Shown: piece after piece, positions 22,775 to 29,848 of the stretch | How the letters are laid out: each line of letters opens with the position of its first letter | Numbering within the stretch: the stretch's first letter is position 1 | Position numbers and translations under genes: made by a program | The notes under the pieces: model-generated | Seen by the model: only the letters and a program-made list of their open reading frames with translations | The model's database searches: none | Told to the model about the DNA's origin: nothing | Virus record (IMG/VR): IMGVR_UViG_3300045988_085672 | Length of the DNA: 32,417 bases | Source of the DNA: a virus | Strand: one strand, 5' to 3'

Positions 22775-23353
22775 CTAATCGTTATAGGGATTTTGCAAGC
22801 ACCAATCCCACGTTTCAGCGTCTTTCCAGCCGATCGTGAAATGATTGTTCCGCCCGTCGCCTGTGAAATACAGGTATTCAGCCGGAAGGACGCGCCCGAC
22901 GTTCGTTTCCCCGTCCCGCTCTGCGTGATAGCGGATCAGAACGTCAGCCGCCAGCGTCGCAAGCTCCGGAAGAACGGGATAATCTGTCGAATATCCGGCG
23001 AACTGATACGGCGCTTCTAATACCTCCAGCACGGTATCCGGAAAGCGGGGATCGTCAACGCGGTTCAGCACGCACCAAACGCACGCGGCTTTTTCCATAT
23101 CCGAAGCAATCCCGTGCGCTTCTCCGTAAAGCATCTTTGCAAGCGCTTCAACCTCTGCCGCGTCCGGTATGTAGTCCGTTTCTTCCGTTTCCGGTGCAAG
23201 CGTCAAGATTGGGGAAGGGGATATAAGCGCCGTAGGTTCTCCCGAATACTGTTCCGTTTCCGGTGTCCCGCTCCACGGCATAAATGCGACAAGCGGGATC
23301 GCGACGATTACCATTGAAAGCGCCGCCGCGATCCGTCTTTGTTTCCTCTTCAC
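22775..23353 (-). CDS. SleB-type cell wall hydrolase (Hydrolase_2) with N-terminal signal anchor
   Basis: 192 aa. The TM segment is IAAALSMVIVAIPLVAF. The segment ..LAKMLYGEAHGI..EKAACVWCVLNRVDDPRFPDTVLEVLEAPYQF.. matches the SleB family pattern. Confidence 0.7.
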   Translation of the reverse strand: MKRKQRRIAAALSMVIVAIPLVAFMPWSGTPETEQYSGEPTALISPSPILTLAPETEETDYIPDAAEVEALAKMLYGEAHGIASDMEKAACVWCVLNRVDDPRFPDTVLEVLEAPYQFAGYSTDYPVLPELATLAADVLIRYHAERDGETNVGRVLPAEYLYFTGDGRNNHFTIGWKDAETWDWCLQNPYND

Positions 23354-23877
23354 AACGCCACCCCGCTATCCGCTTCAAGGGACAGCCACCATTCGGGATT
23401 GTTTCGGAAGCGTTCGTTCGGGCAAGCGTCGCAATTCTCCGCCACGCACCCGCTACAATATCGCTTTTGAAATTCCGTATCCCACGGCGCTTCTAATACC
23501 GGAAGGGAACGCAAGAACCGCCCAAGCCCTTGCGCGTCCGCCGTGAGTGCTTCAAAGTTTGTTTTCCCGCTCGACGTTGCCCGCCTTTCTGCGCTTGCCG
23601 CCATACCCAGCGCCGCCCGCTGTTTCAAGACGGCGTAATTCTCGAACCACATTTTGTAAAGCTCCGCTTCCGTTTTCCGGATCGCGTGTTCAAGAACCCG
23701 CACCGCCGCTTCGGACAAGTCCGCGATCGTTTCTTTGATCCGCTTATAGTCCGCATATATGGCGCAATATTGCTCATAGGTGTAAAGGTAAGATGTGCAA
23801 TCGTTCTTCGGGCACTCCTTTTTCAAGGCTTCGCCGAAATCCGCCAGCGGCTTGAAAAGAATTAAAGTGTCTGTCAT
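23350..23877 (-). CDS. Hypothetical protein
   Basis: 175 aa. It has the conserved AGAGGGCTATTCAATATG initiation region and a C-terminal Cys cluster (CSGCVAENCDAC). Confidence 0.6.
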   Translation of the reverse strand: MTDTLILFKPLADFGEALKKECPKNDCTSYLYTYEQYCAIYADYKRIKETIADLSEAAVRVLEHAIRKTEAELYKMWFENYAVLKQRAALGMAASAERRATSSGKTNFEALTADAQGLGRFLRSLPVLEAPWDTEFQKRYCSGCVAENCDACPNERFRNNPEWWLSLEADSGVAL

Positions 23878-23910
23878 ATTGAATAGCCCTCTTTCTTGAA
23901 TTGCGGCGAA

Positions 23911-24255
23911 TTAGTTTTCCGCCGCCCTCTTTTTTCTTTCGTTCTCTATGTTTAGGTTCATTTTCCAATAGTGAAAATGATTAAACATTTCTTGCGTGCA
24001 AAGAAGCCCGTCCGCCCGCCGAACGTCAATTCCCATTGTGATTTGCAGGAATTCGGCAAGCCCACAAAACCGCCCACAAAGATTTGTGATGGCGTTCAAT
24101 TTCTGTTCTTCGGTGTAATCCCTGTTTTCGTATGCCGCTTTGCCCTCTGCAACATACTTTTGCATACGGTCGATCAACTCGATAACGATTTCTTCTTTCG
24201 TGTCCTGCAAACCCTTGTCGCTTACGGCAAGCGCTCCTAACTGATACTTTTTCAT
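23911..24255 (-). CDS. Hypothetical protein
   Basis: 114 aa with the conserved GGATGGCTATTCAATATG initiation region. Confidence 0.6.
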   Translation of the reverse strand: MKKYQLGALAVSDKGLQDTKEEIVIELIDRMQKYVAEGKAAYENRDYTEEQKLNAITNLCGRFCGLAEFLQITMGIDVRRADGLLCTQEMFNHFHYWKMNLNIENERKKRAAEN

Positions 24256-24275
24256 ATTGAATAGCCATCCTTTCG

Positions 24276-24527
24276 CTACTGATTTGCGGCGCGTCTGTTG
24301 CCCCTGCGCCTAATGTTTTCTTGTGCCGTCGTCTGTGCAAGATCGGCGCTATATACAGGACGCTTGTTTTCGTCAAGCTCTCCCGTGTAGCCGCGTTTAA
24401 GCTCTTCGTAAATAGCGGCAACGCTTCTTCCGATCTTCGCGGCAATATCCACCGCCCTTGTTCCTTTGCCGTAAAGCTCTTCAATTTCTCGGCGCTGGTC
24501 GAACGTCAAATACGAATATCCGTCCAT
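24276..24527 (-). CDS. Stand-alone IS30-type N-terminal HTH protein
   Basis: Start at MDGYSYLTFDQRREIEELYGKGTRAVDIAAKIGRSVAAIYEELKRG.. (ATG 24527, AGGAGG RBS). It resembles the HTH_38 domain of IS30 transposases, and no catalytic domain follows. Confidence 0.6.
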   Translation of the reverse strand: MDGYSYLTFDQRREIEELYGKGTRAVDIAAKIGRSVAAIYEELKRGYTGELDENKRPVYSADLAQTTAQENIRRRGNRRAANQ

Positions 24528-24564
24528 TTTGCAAGCCTCCTTTCGCCGCTTTGAATAAAAAAAT

Positions 24565-24598
24565 AAAGCAGGAAAACCGTTTCGGCTTTCTCTGCTTT
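24565..24598 (-). terminator. Hairpin plus T tract downstream of the transposase gene
   Basis: Minus strand reads aaagcagagaaagccg-aaa-cggttttcctgcttt (imperfect stem) followed by ATTTTTTTATT. Confidence 0.5.
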
Positions 24599-24600
24599 TA

Positions 24601-24629
24601 ATGTTACTTCTTTCATTGCTAAAAGTCAA
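24601..24629 (-). promoter_or_regulatory. Candidate promoter for the HTH gene
   Basis: Minus strand reads TTGACT, 17 nt, TAACAT. Confidence 0.4.
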
Positions 24630-24670
24630 GAGTAAAAGCAGAAAAAACTAAAATTATTTTTTATGCACTT

Positions 24671-25705
24671 TTACGCGGCGGCAATATGGACGGTGAACAA
24701 GTCGTTTGAAGTCGCATATCCTAAAATTTCGCGGGGATAATTATTGATCCAAGCTTCGACGCGCCGAATATATGCGGCGGTTACTTTCCGGAAGTCCGTT
24801 CCTTTTGGAAGGAACCGCCGTATCATTTTGTTTATATTCTCATTCGTTCCTCTCTCGAATGCGCTGTAAGGGTGGCAATAGTAAGCCTTCGTGCGCTTCC
24901 GATCCTTCCCGTAAACAGAACGTTCAATTCCGGCGCAGTCTGCGAATTCTGATCCATTGTCAAACGTAATGCTTTTGAATATCCTCGAAAATCGTTTCCC
25001 GTAACGCCGTTCCAGCTTGTTCAACGCCGCCACAATGCTTGCGGAAGTCTGATCCGGTATCTTCATAATGATTTCTTGCCGTGTCAACCGTTCCGAAAGC
25101 ACAAACAAGGCTTCCTTTGTCTTTTTCTTTCCGCATACGCAATCGCCTTCCCAATGCCCGAAGGTTTTTCGCTCTCCGATCTCCGGATCGCGTCTTTCTA
25201 TGCTTTCGCCCGCCGACGTGCGGGCGGATTTTTTGCGATCCACCTTGTCGTACTTCCTTTTGCGTTTTCCTTTTTCCGGCAAATTCTCGCGGCTGATCCC
25301 GTAAAATATTCCTTTGTCTATGTAATTATAAATCGTCTTTTCGCTGATCTCTGTTTTGAAGGTCAGCCCCAGCCGTTTAATTTCTCCGACAACGGCGGCG
25401 GGGGAATAACCTTCTTCGCCGATTTTCTTTTCGATAAAGGCGGCTAATTCGTAATCATTCCCGATCTTCAAGTCGCCGCCTTTCGCTTTTAGGTTTTCTT
25501 CATAGCGTTGTTGTGCGATTTCCGGCGAATAGCGTTCTTCCGTCGTTAAGTCGGAATTCAAATGCGTATAGGTTCCTCGCTTGATTTCTCTGTATATAGT
25601 TGTGTTATGGACGTGCAGACGGTCAGCGATCTTGCAGGGCTTCAAGCCCTCTTTCAACGCTTTTTCGATTTTAAGGCGATCTGTCCACGTTAAGTGCTTG
25701 TGCAT
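24671..25705 (-). CDS. IS30-family DDE transposase (possible phage integrase function)
   Basis: 344 aa with an N-terminal HTH (LTWTDRLKIEKAL..IADRLHVHNTTIYREIKRG). The catalytic triad context is HWEGD, FDNGSEF and ERGTNEN. A GGAAGGAGG RBS precedes the ATG. Confidence 0.88.
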   Translation of the reverse strand: MHKHLTWTDRLKIEKALKEGLKPCKIADRLHVHNTTIYREIKRGTYTHLNSDLTTEERYSPEIAQQRYEENLKAKGGDLKIGNDYELAAFIEKKIGEEGYSPAAVVGEIKRLGLTFKTEISEKTIYNYIDKGIFYGISRENLPEKGKRKRKYDKVDRKKSARTSAGESIERRDPEIGERKTFGHWEGDCVCGKKKTKEALFVLSERLTRQEIIMKIPDQTSASIVAALNKLERRYGKRFSRIFKSITFDNGSEFADCAGIERSVYGKDRKRTKAYYCHPYSAFERGTNENINKMIRRFLPKGTDFRKVTAAYIRRVEAWINNYPREILGYATSNDLFTVHIAAA

Positions 25706-25725
25706 TTTTGTTCCTCCTTCCTACG

Positions 25726-25755
25726 AAAGAAAAAGGGCGGCATATCCTGCCGCCC
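25726..25755 (-). terminator. Intrinsic terminator after the RHH-like gene
   Basis: Minus strand reads gggcggca-ggata-tgccgccc (8-bp GC stem) followed by TTTTTC. Confidence 0.65.
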
Positions 25756-25761
25756 TCCGCG

Positions 25762-25944
25762 CTACTTTGCCCGCGCCGCTTCGCAATACGAAGCAATGAA
25801 TTTTTTAATTTCGGTTGTCGGCGTAGTCCCGTTTTCTTTACAAACCTTCTTGAATTCTTCCAGCACCTCCGGACGAAGATCGAGCGGGAAGCGCGCGTAA
25901 TGCTTCCGAATGTGTTTTTCTTGTGCCGAATAATCTTTTCCCAC
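25762..25944 (-). CDS. Small ribbon-helix-helix-like DNA-binding protein (putative)
   Basis: 60 aa with a GTG start 8 nt after GGAGG. RFPLDLRPEVLEEFKKVCKENGTTPTTEIKKFI fits a beta-strand, helix, helix pattern. Confidence 0.4.
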   Translation of the reverse strand: MGKDYSAQEKHIRKHYARFPLDLRPEVLEEFKKVCKENGTTPTTEIKKFIASYCEAARAK

Positions 25945-26000
25945 TGTTATTTCCTCCGTTTGAATTATAAGACGATTGTAACATTTTAAATTCTGCTTTT

Positions 26001-26029
26001 ATTATAATATATACGTGCGTATATGTCAA
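26001..26029 (-). promoter_or_regulatory. Perfect consensus promoter with a palindromic operator in the spacer
   Basis: Minus strand reads TTGACA (26029..26024), 17 nt, TATAAT (26006..26001). The spacer holds the 7-2-7 inverted repeat atatacg-tg-cgtatat. Confidence 0.75.
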
Positions 26030-26059
26030 TGTTTTTTCGGGTATCAAACAAGAAAAAAT

Positions 26060-26099
26060 CGCAAAAAGCAACAGCGGCGGGAATTGCCCCGCCGCTGTT
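26060..26099 (-). terminator. Intrinsic terminator after the XRE gene
   Basis: 12-bp stem aacagcggcggg/cccgccgctgtt overlapping the stop codon. On the minus strand it is followed by GCTTTTTGCGATTTTTT. Confidence 0.7.
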
Positions 26100-26343
26100 A
26101 TTCGTCATTACCTAAAAGCCAATCAACCGAAACGCCCAACACTTTCGCAAATACCTTCAATTCAAAATCTGAAACGAAGCGCGTTCCGATCTCAATTCGG
26201 CTTATGCTGTCCCGCTCCATATTAACGCCCATTGTCTGTATTTTTGCGGCTAAATCTTCTTGCCGTAGCCGCTGGACAACTCGCGCTTCCCGTAATCGGT
26301 CGCCGCAAACATTTTTCTTTCCGTTGTAATCGTATATCTTCAC
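26098..26343 (-). CDS. XRE-family HTH transcriptional regulator (cI/Cro-like)
   Basis: 81 aa. GDRLREARVVQRLRQEDLAAKIQTMGVNMERDSISRIEIG is a classic HTH_3 segment. The GTG start is uncertain. Confidence 0.8.
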   Translation of the reverse strand: MKIYDYNGKKNVCGDRLREARVVQRLRQEDLAAKIQTMGVNMERDSISRIEIGTRFVSDFELKVFAKVLGVSVDWLLGNDE

Positions 26344-26409
26344 AAAGGCACGCCGCCTCCCTTCATTTGTAAATTTTCCGTTTCCGTGTGCTAATATTCC
26401 GCTTTATTC

Positions 26410-26438
26410 TTGATTTTAGCGCACGAGAAGCGTATAAT
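26410..26438 (+). promoter_or_regulatory. Promoter of the plus-strand HIRAN-like gene
   Basis: TTGATT (26410..26415), 17 nt, TATAAT (26433..26438). Confidence 0.6.
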
Positions 26439-26503
26439 TGTGTTAAAGGTAAGAATGGATGAATTCTGCCTTGAAAGTTTACAATTCAAAGGAGGTATTC
26501 ACA

Positions 26504-27100
26504 ATGAAGAAGCCGATCATTTTGTGGATCGTCGCGGCGCTATTCCTCTTTTGCTCTGTTCCGTTTTTCGGTCAAGGCAGTATTATTGAAGGCGTTTGCG
26601 GGATCGCCATAGCCGCCGCGCTGGGTGTTTTCGGATACGTTACGATGAAAAGGACGCAAGCCGCCGAACTTGCAAAAAAAGATACGGAAAATGAAGAAGC
26701 ACCCGTTGCCCTAAATGATGAAATTGCGCCGTCCGAATGTTCCGGAAATCTCGAAGCCCAGCAGGATAGTTCGTACGAATTTTTACGTACAAAGATCGCT
26801 GGCGTTACTTTTAAGGACGGCAGGAAAAGCCGTCAAACGATTATTCGCCGCTTGTATTGGAAGGACGAACCCTTCGACAAAAACGAAGCCGAAGTTGTCC
26901 TTGAACGCGGCGAATACGAAGGCAAGCCCGCTTTTGCTGTAATCTTAAACGGTCAAAAAGCTGGATACGTTCCCGCCGAACACGTCCAATTCATTGAAGA
27001 AAATTTCGCGCGTTGCGACGGTGTAACGCATATCGAAGCATATTGCGGTGCAAACGACATTTACGGCGCTGAAATTATTATCCGTTTCCGAAAGCCCTAA
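26504..27100 (+). CDS. Membrane-anchored HIRAN-like domain protein (moron-like, own promoter and terminator)
   Basis: Start at MKKPIILWIVAALFLF.. (AGGAGG RBS). It has two N-terminal hydrophobic helices. The C-terminal segment ..IAGVTFKDGRKSRQTII..EVVLERGEYEGKPAFAVILNGQKAGYVPAEH.. resembles HIRAN. Confidence 0.5.
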   Translation: MKKPIILWIVAALFLFCSVPFFGQGSIIEGVCGIAIAAALGVFGYVTMKRTQAAELAKKDTENEEAPVALNDEIAPSECSGNLEAQQDSSYEFLRTKIAGVTFKDGRKSRQTIIRRLYWKDEPFDKNEAEVVLERGEYEGKPAFAVILNGQKAGYVPAEHVQFIEENFARCDGVTHIEAYCGANDIYGAEIIIRFRKP

Positions 27101-27117
27101 ATCACCAACAAAAAAAG

Positions 27118-27154
27118 CCCCGTGAAGGCGGTTAAGCCCTCACGGGGAATTTTT
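27118..27154. terminator. Bidirectional terminator between convergent genes
   Basis: AAAAAAAG-ccccgtga...tcacgggg-AATTTTT. The stem is 8 bp and there are A/T runs on both sides. Confidence 0.65.
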
Positions 27155-27226
27155 GTATTCGGCGGGATAATTCCCGCCGCCGAAAGCCGCAACGCGGAAA
27201 GGGGAACGCGGGCGGCGCTGTCGGTG

Positions 27227-27559
27227 TTATTCTGTATCCGTTTCGCCTTCGGTTTCAATCAGCCCGATATAATCCGGCAAATTGAAAACGGCGGCTTCGA
27301 TCAACTTGTCCAAGCTGTCTGGATCAAGCGTAAATCCTTTTTCTTGCAGGAACTTCACAACGTAGGCTTTTTTCTCTTCGCCGCGTCCGGTTCCGATGTA
27401 AAGCTGTTCAGCGGCTTCTACGGCAACCGTAACCCACAATTTGATTTGTTCCAGCTTGTCTGCGTCGATTTTCCCTTTCAGCCACGGGATCACGAATGCG
27501 GTAATCACCGCTACGACAAGGGCGATAATAGCTTCCATAATGGGAGTAAGATCAATCAT
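27227..27559 (-). CDS. Holin, LL-H family-like
   Basis: 110 aa with one N-terminal TM (IIALVVAVITAFVIPWL). The segment ..EEKKAYVVKFLQEKGFTLDPDSLDKLIEAAV.. is typical of LL-H-type holins. Confidence 0.65.
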   Translation of the reverse strand: MIDLTPIMEAIIALVVAVITAFVIPWLKGKIDADKLEQIKLWVTVAVEAAEQLYIGTGRGEEKKAYVVKFLQEKGFTLDPDSLDKLIEAAVFNLPDYIGLIETEGETDTE

Positions 27560-27859
27560 TTATAAAACCTCGCTTTCGTCTGTATCCGTTTCCGGTTCGA
27601 TTTGCTCTTTTTTCTTGATCCTTGCGACGATCACTTCCGAAACACGTTTCAGCATCAGCGCGCCGCACTCGATCACAACGGCGGAAAAGTAATATTGAAT
27701 AAGCGTCGTTTGCTCCATTCCCGTAATGAGAAAAGAAACATACTGCGCCACAATGAAGATTGCCGTTGTAACGCCGATTGCGACGATCGTTTTTGTTGCG
27801 AAGCGTTCATTCGCAAGGAATTTCTTTTGACGCTTTCCGCGTCTTGATTTCAGCTTCAT
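27560..27859 (-). CDS. Holin-like two-TM membrane protein
   Basis: 99 aa with two hydrophobic helices and a charged C-terminus. It lies in the lysis cassette. Confidence 0.5.
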   Translation of the reverse strand: MKLKSRRGKRQKKFLANERFATKTIVAIGVTTAIFIVAQYVSFLITGMEQTTLIQYYFSAVVIECGALMLKRVSEVIVARIKKKEQIEPETDTDESEVL

Positions 27860-27929
27860 ATTTCCCCCTTCCTATCGCACATGATCGCACGGCGTGCAAT
27901 TCAAAAACGCGCGCGTGCAATCCCGTGTA

Positions 27930-28919
27930 TTAAACAAGCGTCAGATCGGACAGCTTCACCGCCGCGACAACTACGCCGCCGTAGGTAATGACGGCACGAT
28001 CTCCGCTGATTTCCTTTACAATGTGATTGCGGTTATACACGAAGGAAGCAAGGCTTTTCCCGTCGTAGGTTTTCGCGCCCTGCTTCAAGCGAACCTTGCT
28101 TCCTGCCTTCACGGAAGCCGCCGCCGTCCCGCCGCTTCCGGTCGTGATAAATGCGTCGGAATATCCCGCCGCTTTCAGCTTTGCAAGCATTGCTTCGGCG
28201 TTCTCCTTCTTGCTGAATGCTCCCACCTGTACTTTGTAATAGCCGCCCGTATTCACGACGTAGGTATCGAAGCCCGCCGCCTTCAATTTCTTTTCCAGCG
28301 CCTGTGCGTTTGATTTCTGCTTGAACGCGCCTGTCTGCACCTTGTAAAGCGCGCCCGATCCGGTCGAAGGCTTTTCCGGCTCCGCCGCCGAAGCGCCCAG
28401 CCTCTTATTTACCTCCGCCGCGATCGCGCCGTGCCTGTTATACAGGTAATCGCCAGGGCAAGCCTTATTTGCGTAGTCCCTGTGAACCGTCATATTGCAA
28501 CCGTTCTTGTGGTTTACGCGGTCGCTTTTCTTTGTACTCCATACCAGCTTTTTGATCCCGTTTCTACGGCAAATATCCGTTACAAGATCAAGAAGCGCGG
28601 CGTATGCCTTATCGGTAACGGCGTAAGGGTGTTTTGTGTCGCTTGCCACTTCAATCGTAATGGCTCTTTGGTCGTTTGCTTCGTTTGAACTGCACCACGA
28701 ACGATCCTTTTCTTCAACGGAAATTCCGATCGAACCGTCCTTCCCGACAACGTAATTCGCGGAACATTCCCGATCGGTAGTTGCGAAGTAGTCGCAACCC
28801 TGCTTCGCTGTAACCTGTCCGACGTAGCAATGAATTGTGATCGTGTCTTTTTTATGATTTCGCGGGCTTGTTCTATTTTTCGTGATCCTTGTATAGCTCG
28901 CCAGCGTACTGTTGCTCAT
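27930..28919 (-). CDS. Endolysin: N-acetylmuramoyl-L-alanine amidase (Amidase_2) with two SPOR repeats and an SH3-like C-terminus
   Basis: 329 aa. The amidase segment is ..TIHCYVG..SANYVVGKDG..AITIEVA..HRDYANKACPG... The SPOR repeats are YKVQTGAFKQKSNAQALEKKLKAAGF and YKVQVGAFSKKENAEAMLAKLKAAGY. Confidence 0.88.
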   Translation of the reverse strand: MSNSTLASYTRITKNRTSPRNHKKDTITIHCYVGQVTAKQGCDYFATTDRECSANYVVGKDGSIGISVEEKDRSWCSSNEANDQRAITIEVASDTKHPYAVTDKAYAALLDLVTDICRRNGIKKLVWSTKKSDRVNHKNGCNMTVHRDYANKACPGDYLYNRHGAIAAEVNKRLGASAAEPEKPSTGSGALYKVQTGAFKQKSNAQALEKKLKAAGFDTYVVNTGGYYKVQVGAFSKKENAEAMLAKLKAAGYSDAFITTGSGGTAAASVKAGSKVRLKQGAKTYDGKSLASFVYNRNHIVKEISGDRAVITYGGVVVAAVKLSDLTLV

Positions 28920-28981
28920 TCTTGATACCTCCTAATTGCAAAGGCGGGAACGGCTCATTTATAAACCGTTCCCGCTCTTTT

Positions 28982-29281
28982 TCATTTGTTATCAATTTGT
29001 TGTTCGATATGGTCAAGTCGCTTATGCGCCTGTTTTGCCGACGCTTCAACCGAAACAAGCCTTCCTACGAAATCCGTATTTGTCTTTCGCTGTTCTCGCT
29101 GTTCCGCTTTCACGTCGTCGATACCGCCTTTGATGTATCCCAACTCCGTAAGGATCGTTGCGTCGCTTTTCGCTTCCTTCGTTTTGTCTTGATCTCGATT
29201 TCGGACGAATGCGACATAGCCGAATACAATAGCGCAAACCGTGCTAATTACGGAAAGTACGGTTAAAATTCCTCCTTCCAT
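28982..29281 (-). CDS. Membrane-anchored coiled-coil protein (lysis or tail associated)
   Basis: 99 aa with an N-terminal TM (ILTVLSVISTVCAIVFGYVAFV) followed by a coiled coil. It has loose XhlA-like flavour only. Confidence 0.4.
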   Translation of the reverse strand: MEGGILTVLSVISTVCAIVFGYVAFVRNRDQDKTKEAKSDATILTELGYIKGGIDDVKAEQREQRKTNTDFVGRLVSVEASAKQAHKRLDHIEQQIDNK

Positions 29282-29284
29282 TGG

Positions 29285-29848
29285 TTATGTCTCCCTTCCT
29301 GTTACTTCTTCCCATTGCCACAAGGAAGGCGTATCGGGCGGATACACGCAATTTGGCATATCCGCTTTTGCAAGATAGACTTTTCCTTTGTAGCTGTAAT
29401 ATTTCCCGTTCTGGACGTTTACGACGATCCCCGCCGTTTCCGGATAGGGGATCGGATCGTCAATCGTTCCCGTGTGTGTAAGCTCCACAAGGCGGTAATA
29501 AGCGAAGGTCGTTTCAACGGGATAGGAAACGGCGTTCGACGTGTGCGCGGCGATAATCTCGTAATATCTCCCGTTATACTTGATGATTTCGCCCACAGTG
29601 TTATAGGCGTGCGCGTCCTCGTATTCCGGATATTCGATAACCTCCGCCGATTGCAGGATCATAGCGTCGGAAATGATGTTCGTTTTTGCCGCGCGATCCT
29701 GTGCGATCTGCGCCTTGAACGACAACGCAAGAAGGGCGGCGGTACTTTCGCCCGCTGTCTTTACTTCTTGTGTTTCTTTCTTTACTTCCTGCAATTCCTT
29801 CTTGATTTCCGCGTTTCCGCCGCCGTCTTTGTTATGTTTCACGCTCAT
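29285..29848 (-). CDS. Putative carbohydrate-binding (CBM5/12-like repeats) protein coupled to DGR target 1
   Basis: 187 aa. The ATG overlaps the target-1 stop (ATGA). It has two aromatic-rich repeats: ..YNTVGEIIKYNGRYYEIIAAH.. and ..KYYSYKGKVYLAKADMP..PSLWQW.. Confidence 0.4.
   Translation of the reverse strand: MSVKHNKDGGGNAEIKKELQEVKKETQEVKTAGESTAALLALSFKAQIAQDRAAKTNIISDAMILQSAEVIEYPEYEDAHAYNTVGEIIKYNGRYYEIIAAHTSNAVSYPVETTFAYYRLVELTHTGTIDDPIPYPETAGIVVNVQNGKYYSYKGKVYLAKADMPNCVYPPDTPSLWQWEEVTGRET

Noticed and set aside
24600-25761. IS30 insertion sequence with terminal inverted repeats
   Set aside because: I compared 24600..24670 with the reverse complement of 25706..25761 by eye. I found only a short TTCTTTC-type similarity, with no 15 to 30-bp IR and no obvious direct repeats. 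I annotated the gene but not a bounded mobile element. A computational IR search should confirm this.
26366-26394. Possible minus-strand promoter TTAGCA-17-TACAAA for the XRE gene
   Set aside because: The predicted start site would fall within or after the presumed RBS of the GTG-initiated XRE ORF. The geometry is inconsistent unless the gene start is wrong, so I left it uncalled.
28944-28982. 10-bp-stem hairpin (gcgggaacgg/ccgttcccgc) with a T tract on the plus strand between the membrane protein and endolysin genes
   Set aside because: The terminator orientation is plus, but there is no plus-strand gene or promoter nearby. On the minus strand it lacks a proper U tract. Its function is ambiguous, so I did not call it.
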